36,872 nucleotides of DNA, from NCBI GenBank assembly GCA_051453625.1, contig JBOZIK010000001.1:1196395-1233266 (forward strand), read 5' to 3'. Origin of the DNA: Welwitschia mirabilis. Its lineage: Eukaryota. The notes below the pieces were generated by a model. It worked only from the letters and a program-made list of their open reading frames with translations. It was not told the DNA's origin and ran no database searches. Positions 1-12,758 of this stretch are shown piece after piece; positions within the stretch are counted from its first letter, which is position 1; every line of letters starts with the position of its first letter. A program made the translations under genes and the position numbers.

Positions 1-1155
1 CATAAGTAATCAAGTTAGAAATCTTAAGAGAGCCATAAAAATGTATTTTTTCAAAAATAACAATAATTAATAGTTTGTTAACTATCGTCTCGCTCATCAT
101 CTAGATGACAGAGAGGACGACAGAGGCAGAGAAATAGAAAAATATTAGCAAACATAGAGTTTTATTAGAAAACTGAAAACTCAATGAAAGAGATTGTTGT
201 CCACCTTGTCATGGGGGTAACAAGCGAGACAATAGATTATTATGATAGAAACAGGAAATAGAAACTACAAATAGAAATAAAAACTAAAATGAAAATTAAG
301 ACTATCAAAACAGAAAACAAGAAAAAAAAAATTATTTAAAATCTTAAATTTAAGAACATACTTTTATTGAAAAGTAAGAAAGAAAAATTAAGGATCTATT
401 GTGATCTCAAGTTTTTTTAGAGAAGNNNNNNNNNNNNNNNNNNNNNNNNNNNNNNNNNNNNNNNNNNNNNNNNNNNNNNNNNNNNNNNNNNNNNNNNNNN
501 NNNNNNNNNNNNNNNNNNNNNNNNNNNNNNNNNNNNNNNNNNNNNNNNNNNNNNNNNNNNNNNNNNNNNNNNNNNNNNNNNNNNNNNNNNNNNNNNNNNN
601 NNNNNNNNNAATAAATAAATTAGTTAAGTTTGAAAGATGATCAAATAATATCATAATAATATTTCAAAGGAAAAAACTAAGAGAAAATTCAGATGGTTTG
701 CTTGTGTAACTTCAATTTTTGTCTCATTTACTTCCTACAATTATCAAGCAGTCAAGTCAAAAATTTTAACAGATCCACAAAAATGTATTTTCTTAAAAAA
801 AAAAAACATCTTATTGACTATCGTCCTGCTCGTCGTCCAAATGGTAGAGAGGATGACAGAGACAAATAAACAGAAAAATTTTAGAAAAGATAGAAATTTA
901 TTAGAAAACTAAAAAATTATGGAAACTGACTATCGTCCACCTTGTTGTGAGGATGATAGATGAGATGAAAAATTATTATGATAAAAACTACAAACAGAAG
1001 CAAAAACTAAGAATAAAAATAAAAACAGAAAATTTAAAAGAAATTTTCAAGAAAAAAACTTTTATTTAAAACCTAAATCTAAACACACACATTTATTAAA
1101 AAGAAAAAAAGGAAAATCAAGGATCTATTATGATCTCAAGTTTTTCAAAGAAGTA
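1..1155. repeat. Diverged tandem duplication, period about 730-740 bp, in the region 3' of gag-protease
   Basis: 1-425 aligns with about 742-1155: aaaatgtattttt..ctatcgtc..gagaggacgacagag, and aaggatctattgtgatctcaagttttt at about 389 vs aaggatctattatgatctcaagttttt at about 1119. The N gap 426-609 lies inside. Confidence 0.8.
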
Positions 1156-1224
1156 AGATCCAAGCCAGAAATTCACTAGTTAATAAAACATAAGAGATGT
1201 GTAATTATTTTCATATAAAATCAA

Positions 1225-3845
1225 TTAGATGAAGAGAGGAGTAATGGAGAGCACTTTATGGTGCCACATCAAAGCACAAATTTTGAAAGTCAAATTGGAA
1301 AGAAATGATAACTTGGATAAAAGATTTTCATGAAATGCAAAATTTTTATCTGGAATATAAAGAAAATTACCTTCATGGCCATTAAAAACATTTTTCTCAT
1401 CCAAATGCAAATTATGATTTTCAATTTTTGGCTTATGAAATGGAAACTCCCCCTCATGATTTTTCTTGAAAAGTTGGACGTCCTTATATTCAAAAGGTTT
1501 TATTTCTTCTTCATTCTTAAGTTAATCATCATAAAGCACATTCTCATTTAGTTTCATCTCTCTTGGATGATGTTGCAAAAATAAAGTACGTTTAACATTA
1601 TCTTCAATTTTTATGTTATCATCATCCAAATCTTTCTCAGCTACATTAAAGACTCTAATTGTAAAAGTTCTATTTTCAAAATGACATTTCATGGTTCTTG
1701 CTCTTGTATCAATAATGCAGTGGGCTATTGCACAAAAGACTCTACCTAAAAGTAAAGGATATCCTGTGTTATTCTCAACTTCTATGATAATTACATCAAT
1801 AGGATAGCAAGCCTCTTTAATTTTTATTACCAAATTTTTGATGATGCCTAACGGTTTCTTAACTGATGCATCTACTAATTCTAAGAGAACTGAGCTAGGC
1901 TCTATTCTATCTTTTAAACCAGATCTCTTACAAATGTAAACTAGCATAATGTTAACACTATCTCTAATGTCAATCAAAGATTTCCTTATTTTTTTCTTAC
2001 CCTCTACAATAACATTTATTATTGTTGCTCTTGGATCTTTAAATTTGGGTGATTTTGTTAACACTAAATTTGTGAGGAATTGGTTAAGAAAGACCTTCTT
2101 AGGGATGACTCATTTATGTTTTCTTCTAATTAAGTCTTTTCATAGTTTTGAGTACCTAGGATTTTCTTATAAAACTTTCCAAAATGGTAAATTTATGCTT
2201 ATATTTTTCATCAAGGATTTTAAATAATCTTTAAAAGTTAAATTGTTGTTAAGCCTATCAAGCCAAGGAATAAAAGGATCTTTTCTTTTTCTTTTTGCTA
2301 AGAGAAGGGAAGTTGTAATCATCTAAAATCTCAATGTCTGCTTCCTCTTCTTCTTCATTGTTTTGGAAGGTGGAAGGTTCACATGGAGGAGGATTTATTT
2401 CTTGTCCACTTCTTATCACAACCTTGCAATCTCTTCTTAATTCATTTGGATTGGGTAAAGGTTGTGTAGGTAAAGCTCCTTGAGGTATTTGGTTTGCCAA
2501 TATTGTTTGTTAAAAGATATTTACCAAGTTATCTATTTTGGCATTTGTTGTATTTTATGTTCTTTTCATTTCATCCAAAGAGTTTATAAGTTGATCATTT
2601 AAATGTTCAAAGTTGGATGAACTTGGTTGGTAATATGTGTTTTTAAGTCAGTTTCTAAAAGGTTGAGGATTGTTTTAGAAAAATATATTTAATTTAGGTT
2701 GTGCCTTATTTTGGTTTTAGAAGTTTTGAGATGGTTAATAAAAGCATAAACTTCCTCTCGGATTCTTTCTTTGTAAGTTAGTAAAAGAGGATAATTTTTA
2801 ATAATATGATAGTAGTCCTCACATAAATCACAGGTTTGCATAACATTTATTTTGGTTACATTTTTAGCATCTAAAATCATTTTCATATACTTCTCCAAGG
2901 TAGTTGTAAATTCCTTTATAGAATTTTTATGGTTGTCTTCTACCTCTTTTTATTGCTTCACCTATTTTAATTCCTTAATGAGTTAACCTATCGTTTAATT
3001 TTCTTTAGGTATTAACCATGTTTTACTTACCTCTACAAGTTCTTCTAATTTTATCCAAGCATCATCTATTATAAGGTTTATGAAGTTTTTATCACAAGAA
3101 AAATCTACGAGTTATTTCATGTGGGAAGTCAATCCACTATAAAAATAGTCTTTTTTTTGTGGTAAAAAGGCATATACTAGATTAGAGTGGACTGCTACAA
3201 AGAAATGTTCATAAGTAGAGAAAAATCTTCATTTGGTTTTTGTTGGAAGTTTGTTACCTTTCTTCACTCATAAATCTTTTCACAGAGGTTTGATCTCATG
3301 TTTTTAGGCTTTTGTAGAATATAGTTTTTAGCCAAAGTTTTGCACTACCTTTTAAATCATGGGAAAGGCCATATATGTTTTATCTATTATCTTTTTCTTC
3401 CCATTTCNNNNNNNNNNNNNNNNTTGTTCAATATCTCCAATGTGTTGAATAAGATCCTCATCATCTTATCTACTAAAACTTGGGTAGGCATGTAAATTTT
3501 TAATTCTATATCATCTCTTAGGAGTAGGTCAAAAGGTGTTTGAATTTCTCTTTCCTTGTTGGCTAATAATTCTCTAAGGGTGAGGTTTGCATTAGGAGTA
3601 GAGGATCCTATGACTTGTTTTTATTTACGGGAAGCACTCGACATTGTAGATTGGTTTACTCCTTCTATATATTTTTCATTAAAGAAGTCAGATTCAGAAA
3701 AAATAAATTCAGAGGGAGGATTGAGTGCACTTGGATATTGTTCTTCTGGCTCTTTTTCTATGTTCACTAGTACTTATTTGATATTCTTTTCTATCGTTGT
3801 TTTTCTCTTAAATATTTCTTCTCTAAATTGAACATGTCACAACAT
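1225..3845 (-). pseudogene. Retrotransposon gag + aspartic protease, disrupted by stops and frameshifts
   Basis: Fragments read KFKDPRATII..SLIDIRDSVNIM (decayed LIDLGASVNIM active site), YPIDVIII..PLLLGRVF, GALPTQPLPNP and CDLCEDYYHIIKNYP (decayed Cys/His knuckle). Confidence 0.85.
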
Positions 3846-4297
3846 TCAGCAAATAGCAAATAACAAAAAAATAGTTTAAAAATAATAAACCATTTTCTAG
3901 TCTATCATACGAACGACAGAGGGATAATGCACATAGAAAATAGAAAAATAGAAAACGAGTCAAAACTAAAAAGCAGAAAATACAAGAAAACACCTATTAT
4001 TCACTTGGTCATCTGGACATCACAGGAGACGACAGAGGCTAATTTATTACAAAAAAAATCACAATCTAAAAATAAAACTAAAAACCAAAAATAGCACAAT
4101 ATCATCCTGACTATCGTGGGGATGACAGAGGAGACGACCACACTTTTTTAATAGAAAATTACAAATCAAAAAACCAAAACTAAAAAACAAAAAATGTATA
4201 GTTCTTAATAAAATACAATGTCGCATAGACAAATAACTAAACAGATGTCTGATATACTTATTTGAATGATGACAATCTTCTTACTTCTTTATAGCCT

Positions 4298-4315
4298 TCC
4301 CTAGTAATGGTATCA
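4298..4315 (-). promoter_or_regulatory. Primer-binding site (tRNA-Asp type, decayed)
   Basis: Minus strand TGATACCATTACTAGGGA, 3 nt after the LTR end. It differs from the Athila PBS TGGCGCCGTTGCCGGGGA only by C>T and G>A transitions. Confidence 0.75.
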
Positions 4316-4318
4316 ATT

Positions 4319-5440
4319 TGTTGTAATGTGTATTTATGCATGCTTTTATATTCAAAGAGATACTATCATTAATAATTAAAATAGATATTATGCACAATAC
4401 ATCACACTAATATAATGGGAGTGATCCAAAATGTTATATCTCATTGAAGTCTACTAGTATGAAACTCAGGTTGCTTTTGCAATTTAACTTAAGAACTAGA
4501 AATAATAAGTAATAATGCAATAAAATAAACTACCATGCAAGGTGCAATATGCAATCTAATCTAGCATGTAATGCAAAATGATCCTAACCCTACTTGTTTT
4601 TCAACCTTAACAAAGTCTATCTTGAATAATCTATATCAACCAAGAAATTATCACCAGATCAAGGGCAACATTAGACTATAAGGATTATAAGAAGATCTAC
4701 AATGCAAACATAAAATAAGAACCAAGATTTATATTAAAAAGTGTAACATTCATCCAAATTATAAAACAGCTGAGTCTCAATGGAAGATACTCATCCCTCC
4801 ACCAAGTGCACATCTTTTTGCAACTCACAAAGATGGATCTCCTACCCTTCGTTCTCCTATCACGAGAATCTCTAGTGCATCGAAGATGATAAGAGATTCG
4901 AAGGGGGACTTATTTATAGGAAAATACAATAGAAAATGATAAATAGAAGATGCAGTTACATGTGCTTATTAAGGATTTAGAATTAGACGAAATAGCTGAA
5001 AGAAGTCAGTGACAGTTACATGTCAATGTTGTCTAGGATATCATCCAGGTGACATGGGGAACGACAGAATATTACAAAATATATTTGAAAGGATGACTTA
5101 GTAGTTCACATCAGCAATTATCATCTTGTCTATCGTGTGGACGATGGTCTTCTTTAATGTTTTTCTTAAGGAGAAACTTAGTAGTTTTGTCATAGAAAGA
5201 TCTGTTCATCAGAAAGTGCCTTTAATGCATCAAATTTGGATAATAACTGTACTTTTTCGAGATTTCCTCTTATATCTCCAAAATCCTTGGAGTTGCACTT
5301 AAACTTGTATAAAAGTTTTGAAAAATAACTCATAAAACCCATCAAATAACCATAAATTAGTAGTACAAAAATGCACTAGAAATTCTAGTAAAAAGAGATC
5401 AAAGAACAAAATATCCATCTTAAGTAGTTACAAAAAGACA
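4319..5440 (-). repeat. 5' LTR of the minus-strand element
   Basis: Minus strand starts TGTCTTTTTG (5440) and ends CACATTACAACA (4319). Homologous to LTR 15411-16649 (atttgatgggttttatgagttatttt; ctataaata; tggatcacttcc). The 5440 boundary is inferred from the TG and the junction. Confidence 0.75.
4911..4920 (-). promoter_or_regulatory. Putative LTR TATA box
   Basis: CCTATAAATA on the minus strand, at a position equivalent to ctatataaat (15951-15960) in the other LTR. Confidence 0.5.
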
Positions 5441-6023
5441 TTTTCTTGGTGTTGGGCTATGCATCCTCCATGAGGTGTGGTTGTTTTGTAACTTGGATGC
5501 TAGTTTGATTTATAATACAAACTCTATTTCTTTTATCCATTAATACCTTTTTATATCCATTATGGTTTATGTTATTCTTAATTCAGTGATAGTCTCATTA
5601 ATGATATAATTCTTAAGGGTCTTTGTTAAGATTGATGGTATTACTTTAACAGCATTATGTATTACATTCTATTTGAATTAATTGATAGATTAAGTTAATC
5701 TTAATCAATGATAGTTTTCGTAAATAAGTTAGGTTATGCAGGGTCAATCTTCCTGACAAGTCAATTTGGTAATCGAATAGGTGCTCATCTAGATTAAGTT
5801 ACATTTGCATTACATTGTACGTTAGTTTCCTTAATTGTTATTAAGTTTAGGATATAATATTTTCTTTAAAAATCAATTCTCCTTATTCTCTTGCATGCCT
5901 TCAATGGATTAGAACATTTGGATCACTTCCATCTATAATAGTATATTGTATTTGCAACATATATATTTGTGATTAGTAGATTTTGATAAAGAATGAAAAA
6001 TTACAAAATTACACATTACAACA
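5441..6023 (+). repeat. 3' half of the 5' LTR (interrupted at 5440/5441)
   Basis: Aligns throughout with about 16063-16649 (ttggg ctat..atgctagtttgatttataat..attcagtgatagt) and ends ACATTACAACA. Confidence 0.9.
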
Positions 6024-6026
6024 TCT

Positions 6027-6044
6027 TGGCACCATTGTTGGGTA
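6027..6044 (+). promoter_or_regulatory. Primer-binding site (tRNA-Asp type)
   Basis: TGGCACCATTGTTGGGTA, 3 nt after the LTR end; a deaminated form of TGGCGCCGTTGCCGGGGA. Confidence 0.8.
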
Positions 6045-6491
6045 AGGATACTGAGGAGAAAAAAGATTGTCATCACTCAGGTGAGTAAATCAAAGTTCAG
6101 TTCAAATATTTATCTTTAGTGATTTTGTATTCTTATTTAAGAATCATACATTTTCTATTTGCAGGTTTTAGGTTTTTTAGTATTGTAATAATAGTCTGCC
6201 ATTACCTCTATTGTTTACATGACATTGAGAACAACAATACACACTTAATATTTTATTTTTATTTATAAATTTTTTTTTTAATATTTATAGCAATAGTAAA
6301 ACAACCATTGTCTTTACTATCATTCCTATGACAAGGTGGATGACAGCTTGATTTTTTGCTTATTAAAGTTTTCTTTGAGTTTGATAATACTCTATTATTT
6401 TTTGTATTGTTATTTTTTGTGTTGTCACCATGACTCGATGAACAATAATTAGTTATTTTTAATTCTATTTTTGTTGTTTTTTATTTAAAGG

Positions 6492-9400
6492 ATGCAATGA
6501 TATAGTCAATTTGGGAAAGAAATATCAGAGAGAAAGGGTGCTAATAGAAGAAAATATCAAAGAAGGATTAGTTAAGTTTGAATTAGAATTGGGTACAAAA
6601 TCCTTAGGTGCATACAATATCCCTTTTGAGTCATCTTTTTACAATCTAATTCTGTGAAAGAAAATTTATTAGAATATATTTTAAAAGAAGATGGTTTTAA
6701 GATGTCAAATACTACACAAAAACAAAAATAAGTTATAGGAGCTTTAGCTTCTTCTTCTAATGCAAATCTTATCCTTAGGAAACTAATAGCCAATAAAAAG
6801 TATGAAATAAAAACCCCTTCTGATTTATCCCTAGGAGATGATATTGAATTGAAAAACTTGATCCCATATTTAGTGATGAAAATGATGAGAATCCTCTCCA
6901 AGACATTATAGACATTGAACAATTAATTCTTACCTTTGAAAACAAAAAGAAAAGAATTAGTGATCATACTATATGGTCATTTTTCCCATTACATTGAAAG
7001 AAAAGGTAAAGATTTAATTAAGAACTATACTTTAAAAGAGTCTAAAAACTTAGAATCAAGTCTAGAAAACTTTCATTAAGAGATTTATGAGTGAAGCAAC
7101 TAATAGGAAGAGGAAAAAAGAAGTGACTAATTTTCAATAATGAATAAATGAGGATTATAGTTTTACATATGAATGTTTCTTTATCATAATTCATCCTAAT
7201 CTAATAGACTCTTTCACACAAGAAGAGCTAGTAGATTCTTTTTGTAGTGGACTAAATAGCCAAACCAGAAAACTCAGAGATTTTTCTTATGATGAAAACA
7301 TAATGAACCTTACATCAAAAAATTCCTGGAAAACATTAAAATAACTTATTAAGGTGAGTAAAACTTGGTCAAAGTTGACATCAAGAGATAACCACACTAT
7401 ATTATAAAGATTTAAAAGAAGTGAAACAAGAAAAAAAGGTAGATAAAATAGAGACTAAACTTGTAAATTTGATTAAAGACTTCACAACAAGTTTGAATAA
7501 ATATACTAAGATGATCTTAAATGCAAAATTAGCAACTAAAAGAGTGTTTTACCAACATGTAACTTATGTGAAGATAACTATTACATAACCAAGGATTGTC
7601 CTCTACTTCCTAGATACAAGAAAATAATATATGAAGGATCTTGTTCTTTCGACCAAGAATTTTCAAAATTCTGAAATCAAAACCAAAACCAATCACAACC
7701 CAAGATGCAAACACAATCTAATTTTCAACAAATTCAAAAATTTTCAAACCAATATTCAACCTCTCAAAAGTCAATTTTAAAAATTCAAACTTTCAATCAA
7801 GTTCATCAAACTTTTAATATTAAAATAATTCATTTAGAAATTCTATAGATGAACTTAGAAAATCATAAAAAAAGATAAACTTCAACATTGAAAACTTATT
7901 AAATGTCCTTCAACAAACCATGTTATCAAACTAAAGGCCACAAGACTCATTAGTAATACAACCTCCACTGAATCCTAATGAAGTAAGAAAATATTGTAAG
8001 GTTGTAACATATAGTAGAAATGAAGTAANNNNNNNNNNNNNNNNNNNNNNNNNNNNNNNNNNNNNNNNNNNNNNNNNNNNNNNNNNNNNNNNNNNNNNNN
8101 NNNNNNNNNNNNNNNNNNNNNNNNNNNNNNNNNNNNNNNNNNNNNNNNNNNNNNNNNNNNNNNNNNNNNNNNNNNNNNNNNNNNNNNNNNNNNNNNNNNN
8201 NNNNNNNNNNNNNNNNNNNNNNNNNNNNNNNNNNNNNNNNNNNNNNNNNNNNNNNNNNNNNNNNNNNNNNNNNNNNNNNNNNNNNNNNNNNNNNNNNNNN
8301 NNNNNNNNNNNNNNNNNNNNNNNNNNNNNNNNNNNNNNNNNNNNNNNNNNNNNNNNNNNNNNNNNNNNNNNNNNNNNNNNNNNNNNNNNNNNNNNNNNNN
8401 NNNNNNNNNNNTAAGAAAATATTGTAAGGTTGTAACATATAGTAGAAATGAAGTAACTGCTCCTATTTATGGATCATTAACCTTTCAAAACAACACTAGA
8501 GATGATGAGGAAGAAGACAAAATTGAAATATTATAAAGTCATAACATCCATTTTCATGGAAAAATTAAAAAGAAAAACACTTTTTAAGAAATAGAAAATA
8601 AACCAGCTACCCCTTGGCTTAATAGGTTTAAGACTAATTAAACTTTCAAGGAACATCTTAAAACCTTAATGTAAAATGTGAGTATAAGCTTACCATTCTA
8701 GAAACTTTTACAAGAAAACCCAAAGCACTCTAATCTATGAAAAGACTTAATAAGAATAAGATAATAACAAATTATTTCTAATAAAGTCTTTTTAGCTTAA
8801 TATCTCACAAACTTAATGTTACAAAAATCTTCAAAATTTAAGGATTCAGGGGCAACAACAGTTAGTATTACATTAGAGGAAAATGAAAAAAATCAAAAGG
8901 GCTTTAATTAACATTAGAGCAAGTGTCAACATTATGCCATTACACATTTGTAAGAGACTTGATTAAGAAAGTAGAATAGAGGCTACTCAGATTATCTTGA
9001 AATTAGTAGATACATCAGTTATGAAACCCTTAAAACTCATCAAAGATTTAGTAATTCAAATTAAAGAGGCATTCTACCCAATAGATGTGGTTGTGATAGA
9101 AGTTGAACATAATAGAGTTTACCCATTTCTTTTAGGAAAATCTTTCTATGCAATAGCCCATTACATTATCAATACAAGAACTCGAATGATGGAGTATTAC
9201 CTAGGAAATAAAAAGTTTTCAATTAGAGTTTTTAGTATAGCTAAGTAAGACTTAGGTGATAAATGGAATGTAGAAAATAAAATTAAACTAACCTTATTCT
9301 TATGACATCGTTCACTTGAAGAAAGATGGATAATGTCACATGAACCTATGCTTTATAATAATCCACTTGAAATTGAAAACTTAAAAGCTTTTGATATATT

Positions 9401-12400
9401 CAACTTTGAACATTTAGAAAATAATCTTTTAAATCAAAATGAAGAAGAAACAGAATCCTTAGTCTTCAAGAAATTTCAACTATTAATAACGAATGAAAAC
9501 TCACACTTCAAAAAAGGTCATCCATTAAATGAATCTATTATAGAAACTAAAAATCTTAATTAGAATTTGACTTTAAAAAATCTTCTCAATGGATTGTAGT
9601 ATATTTTTCTCTATAATGATTAGAACAAATCTCTAATAATCAAAAAAACCTCTTCCCTAAATAAGATTCAATCTTAATATCCCTTTTGACTTCCAAAATA
9701 AATTCACTTACTTAGTCTCATAAAGATTTATATACCATGCCTCCTTTTATTATTTAGCATAAAATATATCTTGAGAAAAACTCAAAACCTATTAGCTAAC
9801 CATAAAGAGAATTAAATCCAATACTTAAACAAGTAGTTAACAATGAAATTATTAAATTAATAAATATTAGAATCATTTACTCTATATCAAATAGTGAATG
9901 GATTAGTCCCTTAACTATAGTATCAAAAAAGGGTGGGAAATGGAGAGTATGCATAGATTTTATAAAATTGAATGAAGTTATGAAAAAATATTATTGTTCC
10001 CTATCCTTTCTTGACTTGATACTTGATAGAATTTTGGGACATTCTTTTTATTGCTTTTTAGATGGATATAGTGGTTATAACCAAGTTTGCATAGCTAGTG
10101 AAGAGTAGGCTAAAATAACTTTTACTTCACTTTTGGGATGTTTCCTTTTAGACAAATGCCTTTTAGAATATGTAATAATCTTGAAACTTTTTAATGTACT
10201 ATGATGGGTATTTTTTTAGATATGTTATAGGATTTGATAGAAATATTTAGGGATGACTTATCAATCTTTTNNNNNNNNNNNNNNNNNNNNNNNNNNNNNN
10301 NNNNNNNNNNNNNNNNNNNNNNNNNNNNNNNNNNNNNNNNNNNNNNNNNNNNNNNNNNNNNNNNNNNNNNTACTTGATAGAATTTTGGGATATTCTTTTT
10401 ATTTCTTTTTAGATGGATATAGTGGTTATAACCAAGTTTGCATAGCTGGTGAAGAGTAGGCTAAAATAACTTTTACTTCACTTTTGGGATGTTTCCTTTT
10501 AGAAAAATGCCTTTTAGAATATGTAATAATCTTGAAACTTTTTAATGTGCTATGATGGGTATTTTTTTAGATATGTTATAGGATTTGATAGAAATATTTA
10601 GGGATGACTTATCAATCTTTTAAGAAACCTTTGGTCAAATCTTAGAAAGATTATAAAAAGTCCTTGATAGATGCATAGAGTGTGGCCTTCATTTAAGTTG
10701 GGAAAAGAGCTTATTTTTAGTTGATAAGATAATAGTTCTAGATCATCATATTTCTAAAAGATGAATTAAGATGGACCCAGTAAAGTAAGCATCATTAAAA
10801 ACTTAACTCCTTCAACCAATGTTAAATAAAATTGACCTTTTTTGGAACATTGTGACTTCTACTGCTGCTTTATAAAAGATTACTCTAAAACCTATAAATC
10901 CATACACTTATTACTAAAAAAGAAAGTAAAATTTAAATGGAACAAATCTTGTCAACTTACTTTTGATACACTTAAAAAAAAATTCTTCACCACCNNNNNN
11001 NNNNTATTGTAATAAGACCCAACTAGGATAAGGATTTTGAACTAAGGTGTGATATTGGTAATGTTTCTGTAGATGGGGTAGCTTGAACAAACAAATTATT
11101 AGACATAATCTTTTACCATAATAAAACATTATCCAAAGATCAAACAAATTACCCAACTACCAAGAGAAAAATGTTAGTCATAATCTTTTACCTTAATAAC
11201 GTTATTAGACATTATCTTTTAGGATTCTACACAAATACCTATATAAATCATCCAACAATTACATACTTGATGACTAAGAAATATTCTAGTACTAGATTAA
11301 TTAGATGGATCCTATTAATGCAAGAATCCAATCTCACCATTATAGATAAGGTAGGAAAACACAACAACGTAGAAGATCACTTAGCATTCCTTTCTTTTTC
11401 TTTTGATGATTTTTCTATTAATAATTCTTTTCTTGATAAATAACTATTTGTTGTATCTTCTAATCATCTATCTTCATGGTTTGCTAATATTGTCAATTAT
11501 TTTATTACTTTAAAAAAACCACAAAATTGGAATTACAATCAAAGAAAATATTTTCTCCATAGGATAGGTGACTATGAGTGGATAGAGACCCAACTTTATT
11601 ATAGTTGTAAGGATCAAATTATGAGAAAATGTATACTAGAATGGAAAAAATCTAATATCTTTTATCTATATCATGGTAGTGTTTTTGGCAAAAATTTTAG
11701 CAGTTAGCATGAAAATTATTCACTCTAGATTTTATTGGCCTAGTCTTTTTTAGTACTCTTTTAATTGTGTTAGAAGATATGATGCATGTTAATGTTATGT
11801 AGCCTGTTATGATCACAGGAAATACTCCTTAAACCTATTATTAAGTGTGAACCCTTTGATTATTAAGGAATTGATTTTATAAGCCCAATTAAACCACCTT
11901 CTAAAGACAAAAATTACATTTTAGTGATTGTTGATTATGTGACTAAATGGGTTGAAGCAATTTCCGCTTCCTCAAATGATGCTCAAACCATTTATAACTT
12001 TGTTAGAACTTTAATTTTTAATGCTTGAGCTTTTATTGAATAATTATTAGTGATTAAGAATCTCATTCAATTAATCATCTTTTTAGAAAACTTCTTTTAT
12101 CTATTACAATAGAACATAGAGTAGCTTATGCTTACCATCCTTAAACCAAAGAATAAGCTAAAAATGCAAATAGAGAAATTTAAAAAATGTCTTTACCAAT
12201 AAGAAATTATGGGCTTTTAAACTAAATGATGTTCTTTAGGCTTACTGTACAACTTGGCGCAATTCACTTGGTTTTTCACCCTATGAACTTGTATATGGTA
12301 AAGTCTATGTTATACCTGTTGATGTTTGTTACAATTCTCATCATTCTACACATCAACTTAATCTTGTAAATTTAGAAGAGAATCTTACAACTGATTTATC

Positions 12401-12658
12401 TCAATTATATCATTTGGATAAGAAAGAAACTCAAGCTATTCATTGTCATTTATTTACAAAGCCCAAAATAAATTCAAAAATGATAAAAAGTTAATCTATA
12501 AGAACTTTGGACCTAGTCAACTAGCCTTGCTATACAAAATTAGGTGCATCTTTTACATAATAAGTTGACCTCAAAATGGTTAGGTCCTTACCTTATTGAG
12601 AAAGTACATTTTAATGGATCTATTGAGATTTTTGACTTAAGTACTAAAAAAATTCAAA
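6492..12658 (+). pseudogene. gag-pol polyprotein pseudogene (gag, protease, RT, RNase H, integrase)
   Basis: Protease RALINIRASVNIMP at about 8900. RT: EWISPLTIVSKKGGKWRVCIDF, FLDGYSGYNQV, EIFRDDLSIF. RH: RLIRWILLMQE. INT: FYWPSLF, GIDF..YILVIVDYVTKWVEA, KWLGPY. Many stops and frameshifts. Confidence 0.92.
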
Positions 12659-12758
12659 NNNNNNNNNNNNNNNNNNNNNNNNNNNNNNNNNNNNNNNNNN
12701 NNNNNNNNNNNNNNNNNNNNNNNNNNNNNNNNNNNNNNNNNNNNNNNNNNNNNNNNNN

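Larger units (their letters stand above)
1..5440 (-). mobile_element. Athila-like Ty3/gypsy LTR retrotransposon, degenerate, probably non-autonomous (gag-protease without adjacent pol); 3' part runs off the window
   Basis: On the minus strand: LTR (TGT...ACA), tRNA-Asp-type PBS, decayed gag, aspartic protease ORF 1522-2064, then non-coding repeats. Colinear homology with the plus-strand element at about 6000-9500. Confidence 0.85.

Noticed and set aside
388..654. ORFs spanning N runs (also 7950-8438 and 12544-12933)
   Set aside because: Open only because Ns contain no stop codons.
1949..6922. Antisense ORFs over gag regions (1949-2227, 3556-3831, 6572-6922)
   Set aside because: Shadow frames opposite decayed gag-protease sequence.
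10020..10620. Apparent 250-bp tandem duplication in RT
   Set aside because: Near-identical copies directly flank a 100-N gap; most likely overlapping allelic contig ends, not biology.
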